Shown: positions 26,108 through 36,674, numbered from the stretch's first letter. The stretch is DNA of 64,000 nt from Nanobdellota archaeon (GCA_013329055.1 DUKY01000011.1:16096-80095); one strand, 5' to 3'. Numbers and translations: made by a program. The notes: generated from the letters alone by a model not told the origin.

Positions 26108-27385
26108 ATGTGGGGTGAAATATATAAAAAAGGTCTTTCAACAGTTATCATAACTATTCTCCTGATTGGATTTGCGTTAGTAGCGATTGGAATTGTATGG
26201 ACGATTATTTTTAATATTGTCAATGAAGAATCTGAAAGAATAGGTGCTAATCAGTTATCTTTAGATTTAAATTTTGGTAAAATTGATGTTGAATTTCCTA
26301 ATAGTTTGAATGTTTCTGTAAAAAGGGACGTTGGTGAAGGTAAAATAGATGGCATTAAAATTGTTGCTGATGATGGCAAAACTTCAGAGATATTTTCATT
26401 TAATGAATCAATAGATGAATTAGAAACAAAAGTTTTCACTTTAAATTTTGTTGATTTATCTATTTTAAATGCTGAGAAACTTACTCTTTCTCCATACTTT
26501 TTAACAATTACCGGTAAAGAAGAAATTTTAGGTGTTGCAGATGTTAGAAATTTAGATTTATTTAATATTGGCTCTTTTAAAACCGGACAATTTATTACTA
26601 ATGGTGATGCAGAAATGGGTGATACTACTAATTGGGTGAATATTGACGGTATTGATTCAGAATTTTATTCCGGCAGTTATTCCTTTGTTGATGCTGGTGG
26701 AGGAACTATTTATTCAAAAGAATTAATACCTGTAGATAAAAATTATCTTTATCATTTAGAAGGAATGTTTAAATCAGATGGTATTGATCAAAGTCGTCTT
26801 TATTATGGATTTCTTCCTTATGATGAAAATTTAAAATTTATACCTCCTCAATCAGTTGATGCAATTCTAAATACTGAAACAACTCTTTATGAAGAGGTTC
26901 ATTCAACAGATACTTCTATAAAATTAACCAGTTGCAATAATTGGATAATTTTATGGTATGCAGTTGTTGCTTTTGATATAGATGATTCCGGAAATTATAA
27001 TGACCTTCCAAATTATAAAACAAGTGATTACAATATCAGTAAAATCACAAATTACCCTAATTATTGTGAAATTGAAATTGGAACTGGATATGGAGTTCAG
27101 CATTATGCAAAATTTAATGCTCCTGCAGGAACAAAAGTTAGACAACATCAATCCGGAGGAACTTATATGTACACTGCGGCTAGTAATTCATTGGTTCCAT
27201 TTTCCTGGACAAATTATCAAGGTGATGTTACTGGCATGTTTAACGAGGGTACATCTAGTACTAAATGGAGAAAAAACTCTACTTATGCCGTTGTTTTAAT
27301 CTTGCCTAATTATAATCAAACTTATGCTGGTTCACCTCTTCAACCAAGATTATTATTTGATGATTTAAAATTAACTATCAGTTAA
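26108..27385 (+). CDS. secreted protein with archaeal class III (pilin-like) signal peptide
   Basis: KGLSTVIITILLIGFALVAIGIVWTIIFNIV N-terminus. The following domain (VKRDVGEGKIDGIKIVADDGKTS) is shared with ORF 51775-52221. Confidence 0.55.
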   Translation: MWGEIYKKGLSTVIITILLIGFALVAIGIVWTIIFNIVNEESERIGANQLSLDLNFGKIDVEFPNSLNVSVKRDVGEGKIDGIKIVADDGKTSEIFSFNESIDELETKVFTLNFVDLSILNAEKLTLSPYFLTITGKEEILGVADVRNLDLFNIGSFKTGQFITNGDAEMGDTTNWVNIDGIDSEFYSGSYSFVDAGGGTIYSKELIPVDKNYLYHLEGMFKSDGIDQSRLYYGFLPYDENLKFIPPQSVDAILNTETTLYEEVHSTDTSIKLTSCNNWIILWYAVVAFDIDDSGNYNDLPNYKTSDYNISKITNYPNYCEIEIGTGYGVQHYAKFNAPAGTKVRQHQSGGTYMYTAASNSLVPFSWTNYQGDVTGMFNEGTSSTKWRKNSTYAVVLILPNYNQTYAGSPLQPRLLFDDLKLTIS

Positions 27386-27429
27386 TTAATTTTATAAAAC
27401 TTTAAAAAAATAACTCTATTAAACTATAT

Positions 27430-27846
27430 ATGGATTACAAAAAATTATCATTATTGGTGTTAATTATTCTTGTTTTAAATCTTATTTGGGAATTTTCTCA
27501 TTATAAACTTTATTTTGATTTAACCGGTATTCCTTCAAATTTACATTTAGTTTTAGCTTCGTTTGTTGATGTTATATTAATTTTTATTATTATTTTATTA
27601 ATTGCTTCAATTAAAAAGAAATTATCCTGGATAAATAATCCTTCAAAAGGGGATTATGTATTTTTTATAATTGTAAATTTTGTATTGGCATTTATTTGGG
27701 AATTAATTAATATTAATCTTGGAAGATGGGCATATAAAGAAATAATGCCTACAATTTTTGGTGTTGGTTTAAGTCCTATTTTGCAATTGCCTATTACTGC
27801 CGGATTAAGTTTGTTTTTGTTTAATTGGTTGAGTAAAAAATTTTAA
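27430..27846 (+). CDS. small four-TM membrane protein
   Basis: 138-aa ORF that is hydrophobic throughout. It lies immediately upstream of the type III PKS. Confidence 0.45.
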   Translation: MDYKKLSLLVLIILVLNLIWEFSHYKLYFDLTGIPSNLHLVLASFVDVILIFIIILLIASIKKKLSWINNPSKGDYVFFIIVNFVLAFIWELININLGRWAYKEIMPTIFGVGLSPILQLPITAGLSLFLFNWLSKKF

Positions 27847-27861
27847 ATCTGGATAAAATTT

Positions 27862-28968
27862 TTGAATAAAGAATATAAACTGGATTTTATTAGAAATCAT
27901 ATGAATATAATTAATAATATTTCAATGTTTTTTCCTGTAGCTCCTATTTCTCAGGAAAAATTAATTTTTCTTTTGAAAAATAAAGTGATTACTTCAAAGT
28001 ATTTAAACAGAACAAAAGAAGATATCGAAGCTGAAATTGATAAATATTCAGTTAATTCATCTAAAATCAATCAAAGAGCTTTAACAACTCAAATTAAAAA
28101 ATTTGATGAGTTAATGGCTGTTCCGGAAATTTGTGATGAAATTATTTATGGGTTATTAGAAAGAATATATCAAGGCAAAAAACAACCGAATCATATTGAA
28201 TATGTAACAAGTACTGAACATTCAATACCAACATCATTGCAAAGATTTTTAGCTTATAAGGGCTGGAATAATACTTATATAAATAATTTTTTTGACAGAG
28301 GTTGTGCCGGTGCACTTCCCGCAATACATAATGCATTAAATTTACCTTATGCAACAGATATTTTTTGTGCAGAAATATTTTCTCCATATGTAGATTTAAT
28401 TGCACAAAATTTAGCACAAAAACCTAATCCTCAATTAGTTATCGAAGGAACACTTTTTAGTGATGCTTCTGTTTTATGTTCAACAATTCCTCAAAAAAAT
28501 TTTAAAAAAGCAAAATCAAATGGATTGGAATTGTTAGCATATAATGAAATAATCATTCCGGATACCCATAAAGGAATTCATTTTAGATCATCAACAGATA
28601 AATTAAATTTATCTGTTTTACCGTATGTTCCTGCAAAAATAAAAGAATATGTTCTGGATTTTACAAAAGAACTTTGCAAAAAAGCAAATCTTGATTTTGA
28701 AAAAGAAAAAAATTCTTTTGTTTACGCAGTTCATCCCGGGGGTCCTAAAATTTTGACAAATATTCAGGAAGAATTTAATTTGCCATTAAGTTATTTTCAA
28801 AATAGTATTGATTTATTATATAATTATGGAAATTTTTCTTCTCCGACTTGTCCGGTTTTATTAAAGAATATTTTAGAAAATCCTGCAATTAAGAAAGGAC
28901 AAAAAATATTGGCTATTGCCGCAGGTCCTGGAATAACTATAAATGGTTTGGTATTAAATAAAATTTAA
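27862..28968 (+). CDS. type III polyketide synthase (chalcone/stilbene synthase superfamily)
   Basis: The Cys-His-Asn triad sits in the canonical contexts: RGCAGALPA, AVHPGGPKIL, YGNFSSPTC. A C-terminal AAGPGIT loop is also present. The track start is TTG, and an internal ATG at 27901 is an alternative. Confidence 0.8.
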   Translation: MNKEYKLDFIRNHMNIINNISMFFPVAPISQEKLIFLLKNKVITSKYLNRTKEDIEAEIDKYSVNSSKINQRALTTQIKKFDELMAVPEICDEIIYGLLERIYQGKKQPNHIEYVTSTEHSIPTSLQRFLAYKGWNNTYINNFFDRGCAGALPAIHNALNLPYATDIFCAEIFSPYVDLIAQNLAQKPNPQLVIEGTLFSDASVLCSTIPQKNFKKAKSNGLELLAYNEIIIPDTHKGIHFRSSTDKLNLSVLPYVPAKIKEYVLDFTKELCKKANLDFEKEKNSFVYAVHPGGPKILTNIQEEFNLPLSYFQNSIDLLYNYGNFSSPTCPVLLKNILENPAIKKGQKILAIAAGPGITINGLVLNKI

Positions 28969-28973
28969 TTAAA

Positions 28974-29618
28974 ATGAATAAAAAATTAACACAATCTCAA
29001 ATTTATAATGAATTTATGCTAAAATTTTATGATTTGACAGTTTTACAAATTTCTAATCAATTTATTTGGCGATGTCCTACAAAAAATTTACTTGATTTTT
29101 TTAACAAACATATTACTTCAAATCATTTGGATATTGGTGTTGGAACCGGATATTACCTTGATAAATGTATTTTTCCTTCTAAAAATCCACGAATAGGATT
29201 AATGGATATTAGTTCAGGAAGTATTAAAGCAACACAAAAACGAATTAATAGATATTCTCCGGAAAGTTATCATCAAAATATACTTGAAGAAATAACTGCA
29301 GAAATAGAGCCATTTCAATCTATTTCAATGAATTATCTTATTCATTGCATTCCTGGAAATATGGACGAAAAATTAAAAATTTTTGAAAATGTTCAGAAAA
29401 TACTTTTGCCACATGGAATTATTTTTGGTTCAACATTAATTTTTGATGAAAATCAAAACAGAATTGCAAAAAAATTAATGCAAAAATATAATGAAAAAGG
29501 TATATTCTATAATTATCATGATTCAAAAGAAGGACTAGAAAAAAATTTAGCAAAATATTTTAATAATTTTGAAACACAAAAAATCGGTTCGGCAATACTT
29601 TTTTTAGGACAAAATTAA
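28974..29618 (+). CDS. class I SAM-dependent methyltransferase
   Basis: Motif I LDIGVGTGYYL. 214 aa, starting 5 nt after the PKS stop. Confidence 0.75.
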   Translation: MNKKLTQSQIYNEFMLKFYDLTVLQISNQFIWRCPTKNLLDFFNKHITSNHLDIGVGTGYYLDKCIFPSKNPRIGLMDISSGSIKATQKRINRYSPESYHQNILEEITAEIEPFQSISMNYLIHCIPGNMDEKLKIFENVQKILLPHGIIFGSTLIFDENQNRIAKKLMQKYNEKGIFYNYHDSKEGLEKNLAKYFNNFETQKIGSAILFLGQN

Positions 29619-29629
29619 TTCTTAATTAA

Positions 29630-30571
29630 TTACGAAAAAGAAACAGGCAGTTGATTTGTTATAATTTTTTTAAAAAAATCTTCAAACATTTTTTCTTTAT
29701 TAACTTCTACAATTAAACACCATCTTGGACTTAAAATAATATTGTAAATCCCAATAACTTTGTCACCGCTATAAGTAATGTATTCAATAATTTCACCGGA
29801 AGATTGATTGATTTCTTTATTTTGTTTTATAGCTTCAATATTATTTATACATTGCGATACTGTTGAAGTATTAATTACCTGAGTTAATACTCCGCTATTT
29901 TCTTTTTTTAAAATTTTAGAAGGAGTTAATAAAAATAAATTTTCATTTACTAAATAACTTTCTATGAAACTGCTTTCTCCATTTAAGTCCATTAAGAATT
30001 GAACCATCTCTTCATCCGGAACTCTGTAAGAAAAATAACCCAAAAATTCTCCATTTTTGTTGAATATTTTTTTCATTATTAATAAATAAAATATCCCTGA
30101 ATCCGGATGAGGGAGAATCATGTATGTATTTTTTTTTTCATAAAAATCTTCTTTTAAGTACATTATTGATTCAGGATAAGATTCAGTAGTATCATATCCT
30201 ATCAACCATCTTTCTTTATCTGCAACGATTATTCCTTTGCTGTCAATTACTCCCATTGAAGTTGTAGGAAATTTTTCAAAATAATTTATTGTTTCATTTA
30301 ATGTTCGATTATACTCTAAATCCTGTTTATTTGTCTCTAATAATTTTATAAATAAATTTTGATTATAAGCCTGCCAAAAGAACTTTTCCTGTTTTGTAAT
30401 AAATTTTTCTATTTCCTGACTTTTATTTTCTAAGATTATATCCATTTTTGAATAAACATTTCTTTTTTGTTCATTATATTTTATTATGGCATTAACTGAA
30501 GAAACAACTAAAAGCATTATAAAAATAAATACTATAAATAAAAAATGATATTTATTTCGCTTAATTTTCAT
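29630..30571 (-). CDS. membrane-anchored extracytoplasmic protein (possible Cache-like sensor fold)
   Basis: N-terminal TM helix followed by about 280 aa of mixed alpha/beta composition. No output domain. The domain call is weak. Confidence 0.3.
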   Translation of the reverse strand: MKIKRNKYHFLFIVFIFIMLLVVSSVNAIIKYNEQKRNVYSKMDIILENKSQEIEKFITKQEKFFWQAYNQNLFIKLLETNKQDLEYNRTLNETINYFEKFPTTSMGVIDSKGIIVADKERWLIGYDTTESYPESIMYLKEDFYEKKNTYMILPHPDSGIFYLLIMKKIFNKNGEFLGYFSYRVPDEEMVQFLMDLNGESSFIESYLVNENLFLLTPSKILKKENSGVLTQVINTSTVSQCINNIEAIKQNKEINQSSGEIIEYITYSGDKVIGIYNIILSPRWCLIVEVNKEKMFEDFFKKIITNQLPVSFS

Positions 30572-30657
30572 ATTATGGTAAATTAAATGATTTTTATTAA
30601 TTAAAATACGAATCTATTCGGTTGTAATTTTATTACAAACTGATTAATATTTACTTT

Positions 30658-31566
30658 ATGAATAAATCTTTGTCTGATGTTGAATTAAAACAAATTCTTA
30701 ATGTTAATCAACAGACATTAAATATTTTTAAAAAAATTCAAAAAGAAACAATTAAAGAAGCTAATAATTCCAATAAAAGATCAAAAAAAATTCATGTTCT
30801 TGGAATTTCCGGAAGTGCACGAGATGAATTTGATATGGCACAGCAAAAATCAAATTCCGAAGAGCTTTTAGAAACTTGTTTAGAACATTGTAAAAAGTTA
30901 GGTGCAACTACCGAATTAATTCCCTTAAGAAAATATAATATTCAACATTGCAAAGCCTGTTATTCAACGACAAATACTCAATGTCATTTTTATTGCTCAT
31001 GCTATCCAAAAGGAACTAAACAAGGCGATGACATGACTAATATACTTTATGATAAAATAATTAAGGCAGATGTAATAATTTTTGCTACTCCTGTGAATAA
31101 TTTCAAGATGTCAACATTAATGGCGACATTTATTGATCGGTGCATTAGTTTAGATGGTAGTTTAAAACCTGCAAATTCTAAAACTCCAAAAGATAAGGAA
31201 TTAAATATTAAACATACAAAATTTATTGAATTAACTGCTGACAATAATATTCCGGGTAGTGGATTTTTAAAAAGATTTTCTGGTAAAGTTGCTGGTGTTA
31301 TTGTTACGGGTCATGAGGAAGGTGCATCGATGGTTATTTCAAGCTTATTTATGACATTAAGTCATTTTGGCATGCTTTTTCCTCCATTTAATAATATGTA
31401 TGCTATGTCTTCTGTTTGTAATTCAACTTACAAAGATAAAAAAATTGTTGTAAGTGAATGTTATAAAAAAGAAGCAAGATTATTGGCTCAAAATTTAATT
31501 GTTGCTGCAAAAATTTCAAAAAAATGTAAATTAACTGATTGGAAATATGATTATTCTATTGATTAA
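30658..31566 (+). CDS. flavodoxin-fold NAD(P)H-dependent FMN reductase-like (iron-sulfur flavoprotein-like) protein
   Basis: IHVLGISGSARDE start of the flavodoxin fold, VIIFATPVNNFKMS, and several Cys (CKACYS...CHFYCSC). Confidence 0.55.
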   Translation: MNKSLSDVELKQILNVNQQTLNIFKKIQKETIKEANNSNKRSKKIHVLGISGSARDEFDMAQQKSNSEELLETCLEHCKKLGATTELIPLRKYNIQHCKACYSTTNTQCHFYCSCYPKGTKQGDDMTNILYDKIIKADVIIFATPVNNFKMSTLMATFIDRCISLDGSLKPANSKTPKDKELNIKHTKFIELTADNNIPGSGFLKRFSGKVAGVIVTGHEEGASMVISSLFMTLSHFGMLFPPFNNMYAMSSVCNSTYKDKKIVVSECYKKEARLLAQNLIVAAKISKKCKLTDWKYDYSID

Positions 31567-31580
31567 AAGGAGGTAATAAA

Positions 31581-31823
31581 ATGATTAAAGAAAATATGCA
31601 AGAAATGAAAAAAAAAGTTTTATTTATGTGCATTTGTAAAAGCTGTCCGAGCTGGATTGAGTGCAAGGAAAAAGGTGGATTTTGTTTTCCAACCATCGGT
31701 AAAAGTAAATGTATTAAAAAAGAAAATGGATGTATTTGTGGAAATTGTCCTGTTACAAAAGAGATGGGGCTAAAGCATGGATATTATTGCACAAGAGGTT
31801 CAGAAAAAGAGCAATCTAGTTAA
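31581..31823 (+). CDS. small Cys-rich protein (DUF2769-like)
   Basis: 80 aa with CICKSCPSW, CICGNCPV and YYC. Confidence 0.45.
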   Translation: MIKENMQEMKKKVLFMCICKSCPSWIECKEKGGFCFPTIGKSKCIKKENGCICGNCPVTKEMGLKHGYYCTRGSEKEQSS

Positions 31824-32383
31824 TTATAATAATTTTTTGCAAGGGGTAAAAGATTTGTTAAATAATTTTTACCTGTTTGAGTTTTAAATAATGGAATTCT
31901 ATTTTCATTAAAAAAATCAAACCATTGTAAAAAGTTCTCTTTATTAAAATTTGGAGGGACTTGTTTAAAATCAATTTGAGCTAAAGAATCAGCTTCGAAA
32001 ACTTTTTGTGCATCAAGAGTTTTTATCTCTTTAAGATTATCATGAATACTGATAAGATAAGCAATTTGTTCAATTTCATCATTTGAAAATTTGCCGATTT
32101 TTGCAAGAAGAGTTTTACTCATTTTTGCACCTTTTTGCATATGCAAAATTTTAACTTTATCATTATCTTTAAAAGTATATCCTTCTTTTAACATTCCAGC
32201 ATATCCAATATCATGAAAATAAATTGTTGGCAATAAAATTCTTGGATTTCCACCTTCGTTATTAATTAATTCTTTCATGTAAAAAACTGCTGCATAAAGA
32301 TGAGGAATATTCCAATTCGGTCTTGATTGTGCCATATAACATTCTGCTTCTTTTCTTATTTGTTCTTCTATTCTCTTATTCAT
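31820..32383 (-). CDS. HD-domain phosphohydrolase
   Basis: H...HD (IYFHDIGY) and a downstream SIHDN. Confidence 0.65.
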   Translation of the reverse strand: MNKRIEEQIRKEAECYMAQSRPNWNIPHLYAAVFYMKELINNEGGNPRILLPTIYFHDIGYAGMLKEGYTFKDNDKVKILHMQKGAKMSKTLLAKIGKFSNDEIEQIAYLISIHDNLKEIKTLDAQKVFEADSLAQIDFKQVPPNFNKENFLQWFDFFNENRIPLFKTQTGKNYLTNLLPLAKNYYN

Positions 32384-32494
32384 TAATTTTTTAATGATGT
32401 AAGATTTTTAAATCTAATTTTTTCTTCTTATAATTACTTACAATTATTAAATTTTACATAAATATTTATATATTAAAAATTAATTCAAAAAATT

Positions 32495-33253
32495 ATGAAT
32501 CCTGATAATAAAGGAATTAAAGAAGAAAGAAAAAATTTAATTGACTTAGTTTTAGGAGCATATCTTTCCATAAGACATCCAATTGCTTATGTAAGTATGC
32601 CTATTACTTCGGGAAAAATATTATATGATGTTTTAGAAAAAAAAGGTGTTAGAAACATAGAAGAATTAATTAAGCAAGACCCAAATTCTCTTTATAATGA
32701 TATAATAAAACCGAATGTTGAAATGGGAATCATGGCTGCTGATAATCTTGACACAAAACTTCCTCCTATTGCCCCTTCTGTTTTTGAAGCTAAAAAATTT
32801 AGATGGTCTCAGGAAGATTATATGTCTTTATGGCTTAAGGTTATTGAAGAAAGAGCTGAAGAGATGCATATGACTGATGGCTGGGAATATTCAAACGGAG
32901 GGGTTCAGGAATTTGTTAGGGCAATGCAAATGCAATTTTTATTTGCCCATGTACCAAATGCATCTCCAGAATTTTATCAAAGAATGAGAAAAATAACTGT
33001 TTTTGATTTAAATAAAAAAGAATTAAGATTAAATGATGGTTTTAACAAAATCAAAGAATCAATTTTAGATTTGAATAAAAGAGGATTTCCAAATAATTCT
33101 TTAAGAGAATCTGTCAGAGATCTTTATAATATTAATGGATTTTTTATATCACATGGAACAAGTGCTAGTGAATGGCATATGCACATGAAATATCATTTAG
33201 ATTTTGCAAGATTAGATAAAGAAATGGAAGAAATTATTAATTTGAAAAATTAA
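32495..33253 (+). CDS. hypothetical protein
   Basis: 252-aa ORF, no confident motif. Confidence 0.4.
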   Translation: MNPDNKGIKEERKNLIDLVLGAYLSIRHPIAYVSMPITSGKILYDVLEKKGVRNIEELIKQDPNSLYNDIIKPNVEMGIMAADNLDTKLPPIAPSVFEAKKFRWSQEDYMSLWLKVIEERAEEMHMTDGWEYSNGGVQEFVRAMQMQFLFAHVPNASPEFYQRMRKITVFDLNKKELRLNDGFNKIKESILDLNKRGFPNNSLRESVRDLYNINGFFISHGTSASEWHMHMKYHLDFARLDKEMEEIINLKN

Positions 33254-33259
33254 AGAATC

Positions 33260-35440
33260 TTAAATTCTTTTTCTTCTTAATAAATTTGCATTACTTACAA
33301 CAGATATACTCGATAATGCCATTGCTAATTCAGCGAAAATCGGATTTAATGTTCCTGCAACTGCTAATGGAATCGCTACTGTATTATAGAAAAATGCCCA
33401 AAATAAATTTTGCTTTATTTTTGAAAATGTTGCTTTTGATAAATTTATTGCTTGCACTACTCCTATTAATGAGCCTTTTGCTAAAACAATATCTCCTGCT
33501 TCAATTGCAATATCTGTTCCTGTTCCCATTGCGATTCCGACATTAGATTGTTTTAATGCAGGAGCATCGTTAATACCATCTCCCACAAAAGCTACAAAAC
33601 CTTTTTTTTGCAATTCCATTACTTTTTTTGATTTATCTTCAGGTAAAACTTGTGCTAAAACTTCTTTAATTCCAACTTGTTTTGCAATTGCTTTAGCTGT
33701 TCTTTCATTATCCCCAGTCAGCATTACTGTTTTGTATCCTTGTCTATTAAGAGCTTGAATTGCTATTTTAGAATCTTCTTTAATTGCATCAGATACACCC
33801 ATTATTCCTAATATTTTCTTTTCTTCAATAATAATCATTGTTGTCTGACCTTTTTCTTCATATTCCCGGATTTCTTTTTCTAATCCTTTTAATGATATTT
33901 GTTTTTCTTCGATAAATGTTGGGTTGCCGATTATAATTTTTTTATTTTTAATGATTCCTTCTACTCCTTTTCCTCTTATAATTTTGAAATTTTTGACATT
34001 TTGATATTTGCTTAAATTTGCTTTATTTACTATTGCTTTAGCTACAGGATGCTCACTTAATTTTTCTAAACTTCCTGCAAGTTCCCAAAAATATCCTTCA
34101 TTTTTTTTGTCTTTTATGAAATAATCTGTAACTTCAGGTTTACCTTTTGTGATTGTTCCGGTTTTATCGAATACAACAATTTTAACTTCTTTCATTGTTT
34201 GAATTGCTTCTCCTTTTCTAATTAATATTCCTCTTTTTGCACCCATTCCTGAACCAACAGTTAAAGAAATTGGAACTGCAAGACCCAATGCACAAGGACA
34301 GGCAATAACTAAGACCGAAATAGCAACTCCTATTGATCTTCCTAAATCAAATGATGTTATATACATCCAAGAGATAAAAGTTAAAAATGATAATACCAAA
34401 ATAATTGGTACAAAAATTCCTGTGATTTTATCTGCAACTTCTTGTATCGGAACTTTTGTTCCCTGGGCTTCTTCAACTAATTTTATTATGTGTGATAAGA
34501 ATGTATCTTTTCCGATTTTTGTTGCTTTTATATATAATATTCCGTCTTGATTTATTGTAGCACCGATAACAGGACTTTTTACTATTTTGTCCACAGGTAA
34601 AGATTCTCCGGTAATCATACTTTCATCAACACTACTTTCTCCTTTGGTTACAATTCCATCAATTGGAATTTTTTCACCTGGTTTAACAATGATTATATCC
34701 CCTATTTTAACTTCTGATATTGGAATTTCTATTTCTTCTGTTCCTCTTAATATTCTGGCATTTTTTGCACCTAATTCTAATAATTTTTTGATTTCACTTG
34801 TTGCTTTTCCTTTTGCTTTATCTTCGATATATTTTCCTGTAATAAAAATTGTCATTATCATTCCTGAAACTCCGGAATAATCTTGTATTTCCATAAAAAA
34901 ACTTAGAATTCCTGTAAAATACGCAACCAAAGTTCCTAAAGCGATTAGTGAATCCATTGTAAATTGCAATTTCACAAATCCTCTTAAACCAGATTTAATT
35001 ATAGAAAAACCAAAAATAAAAAGTATTGGAAATGATGATATTAATAATAAGGGAGTCATAACTTCTTCTGAAACAATCATCATACCAAGAATTTTAGGAC
35101 CATACATTAATGTTGCAATTATAAATGTAAACATCCATACCCCAATTAATTTTTTCTTCCATGTAAGAATCTCAGGATGTTTTTTTGGATTTGGAGAATT
35201 GGGAGAATTTGAAGAGTTTTTAGTCTCTTCAAATTCTACTGCTACCGGGTTATAACCTGCATCTTTTACAGTTTTTTTCAATCTACCTTCTGTAATTGAA
35301 TCTTCAACTTCTGCAAAAGCACTTCCCATAATAGCATTTACAGCTATTTTTTTTGCACCAATTTTTTGCAAAGCTTTGTCTACGTGCGATGCACAAGATG
35401 CACAGGTCATTCCTTCTATTGTTATTTTGACTTTTTTCAT
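33260..35440 (-). CDS. copA: copper-translocating P1B-type ATPase
   Basis: N-terminal [17 protein letters not shown] (ACPCALGLA), DKTGTIT, TGDN and GDGINDAP. Confidence 0.92.
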   Translation of the reverse strand: MKKVKITIEGMTCASCASHVDKALQKIGAKKIAVNAIMGSAFAEVEDSITEGRLKKTVKDAGYNPVAVEFEETKNSSNSPNSPNPKKHPEILTWKKKLIGVWMFTFIIATLMYGPKILGMMIVSEEVMTPLLLISSFPILFIFGFSIIKSGLRGFVKLQFTMDSLIALGTLVAYFTGILSFFMEIQDYSGVSGMIMTIFITGKYIEDKAKGKATSEIKKLLELGAKNARILRGTEEIEIPISEVKIGDIIIVKPGEKIPIDGIVTKGESSVDESMITGESLPVDKIVKSPVIGATINQDGILYIKATKIGKDTFLSHIIKLVEEAQGTKVPIQEVADKITGIFVPIILVLSFLTFISWMYITSFDLGRSIGVAISVLVIACPCALGLAVPISLTVGSGMGAKRGILIRKGEAIQTMKEVKIVVFDKTGTITKGKPEVTDYFIKDKKNEGYFWELAGSLEKLSEHPVAKAIVNKANLSKYQNVKNFKIIRGKGVEGIIKNKKIIIGNPTFIEEKQISLKGLEKEIREYEEKGQTTMIIIEEKKILGIMGVSDAIKEDSKIAIQALNRQGYKTVMLTGDNERTAKAIAKQVGIKEVLAQVLPEDKSKKVMELQKKGFVAFVGDGINDAPALKQSNVGIAMGTGTDIAIEAGDIVLAKGSLIGVVQAINLSKATFSKIKQNLFWAFFYNTVAIPLAVAGTLNPIFAELAMALSSISVVSNANLLRRKRI

Positions 35441-35495
35441 TTCTTATTCCTCCTATGAAATTTATAGAATTTTGAAGAGTATAATATTTATAACT

Positions 35496-35513
35496 GCTTT
35501 GGCGAAACTAGTT
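35496..35513 (-). promoter_or_regulatory. 18-nt motif abutting a TATA-like box upstream of copA
   Basis: GCTTTGGCGAAACTAGTT matches 39216-39233 at 17 of 18 positions. In gene sense it reads AACTAGTTTCGCCAAAGC, followed by AGTTATAAATA. Confidence 0.4.
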
Positions 35514-36234
35514 ACTTGGAGTTGAGGATTTTTTTATCACGAACTAAATTTATAAATTGTATGAGCAATTTATAAAATATTTCTATTTCTTTTCTAACTT
35601 CAATTAAGTATTTATTAACATCAAATTTATTTTTTTTATTTGAATTGCAGATAAATTCTTGAAAATAAATTCCATTATGATGAATGATATTATCCCTATA
35701 TTTTTTAATATTCGTTACATTTATAGATTCAACCAATTTTTGAAAATCTTGATAATCAATTAATTTTTTTATAAGATTCTTTTTTTTCTTTTCAAAACTT
35801 TTACCATCTGTAGAATTAAACAATTTCATTAAACATAAAAGAAGTCTTTCATATCCAATTCTCAATAAAATAGTTAAATTAATTAAATGATAGATTGCTG
35901 GTTGACTTTTTATTAATAAATTCATTTTTTGCCAATCATTTATTGGTTCAGTGTATTCTTCTTTTTTACAATCAAAAGAATTCAAAGTTAATATAGATTC
36001 TTTAAGAGCTAAAATCATAGACAGATCATTAAGATAAATATCCAGAAAAATAGAAAATGTTTCATTTTTATTCCCTAAAAAAGAATTCCAATTTTTATAA
36101 ATCTCTACAAGATCGTATTGAATTAGTTTTGTTTCTGGCATTATCATATCCATTATTTGAACACAAAAAGGATACCTAAGATCATAAATTTCTTTTGCCA
36201 TTTTTTTCAAATTTATATCTAAGTCAGATTCCAT
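35512..36234 (-). CDS. hypothetical protein
   Basis: 240-aa ORF, helical composition, no motif. Confidence 0.4.
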   Translation of the reverse strand: MESDLDINLKKMAKEIYDLRYPFCVQIMDMIMPETKLIQYDLVEIYKNWNSFLGNKNETFSIFLDIYLNDLSMILALKESILTLNSFDCKKEEYTEPINDWQKMNLLIKSQPAIYHLINLTILLRIGYERLLLCLMKLFNSTDGKSFEKKKKNLIKKLIDYQDFQKLVESINVTNIKKYRDNIIHHNGIYFQEFICNSNKKNKFDVNKYLIEVRKEIEIFYKLLIQFINLVRDKKILNSK

Positions 36235-36293
36235 AATTAATTTAAAAAATTCAAATTTATAACAATTTCTATTATCTATTAGTCGTTAATTCT

Positions 36294-36674
36294 TCACAAC
36301 TCACATCCACTTAAATCTGATAAGAACTCTAATGTTTGAACCCCTAAATATTCTTTACCTTCATATTTCCATGTCGGATATCCTTGAATTCCTTCTGTCA
36401 TGCATATTTCTTTATTTTCATCACAATCTATATAATTGGCAAATTGAAATGATTCACCAAATAATTTTTTTTGTTCTTTGCAATGTGAACACCATTCTGT
36501 TCCATACATTTTCACGCCTGTTTCGTTTAAACATTTTGCAAATTCATCTAAATTCAATTGACCTGTTTGCCGTGGATAAGAATTAAATATTGTATAAGCC
36601 ATAAAAGTTATAACTATTAAAGCTAACACCATTAAAGCGATATTCTTCATATTCTTTTTTATGAAATTATTCAT
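36294..36674 (-). CDS. membrane-anchored thioredoxin-fold protein
   Basis: N-terminal TM helix, then WCSHCKEQK (CxxC) in a glutaredoxin/thioredoxin-like context. Confidence 0.6.
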   Translation of the reverse strand: MNNFIKKNMKNIALMVLALIVITFMAYTIFNSYPRQTGQLNLDEFAKCLNETGVKMYGTEWCSHCKEQKKLFGESFQFANYIDCDENKEICMTEGIQGYPTWKYEGKEYLGVQTLEFLSDLSGCEL

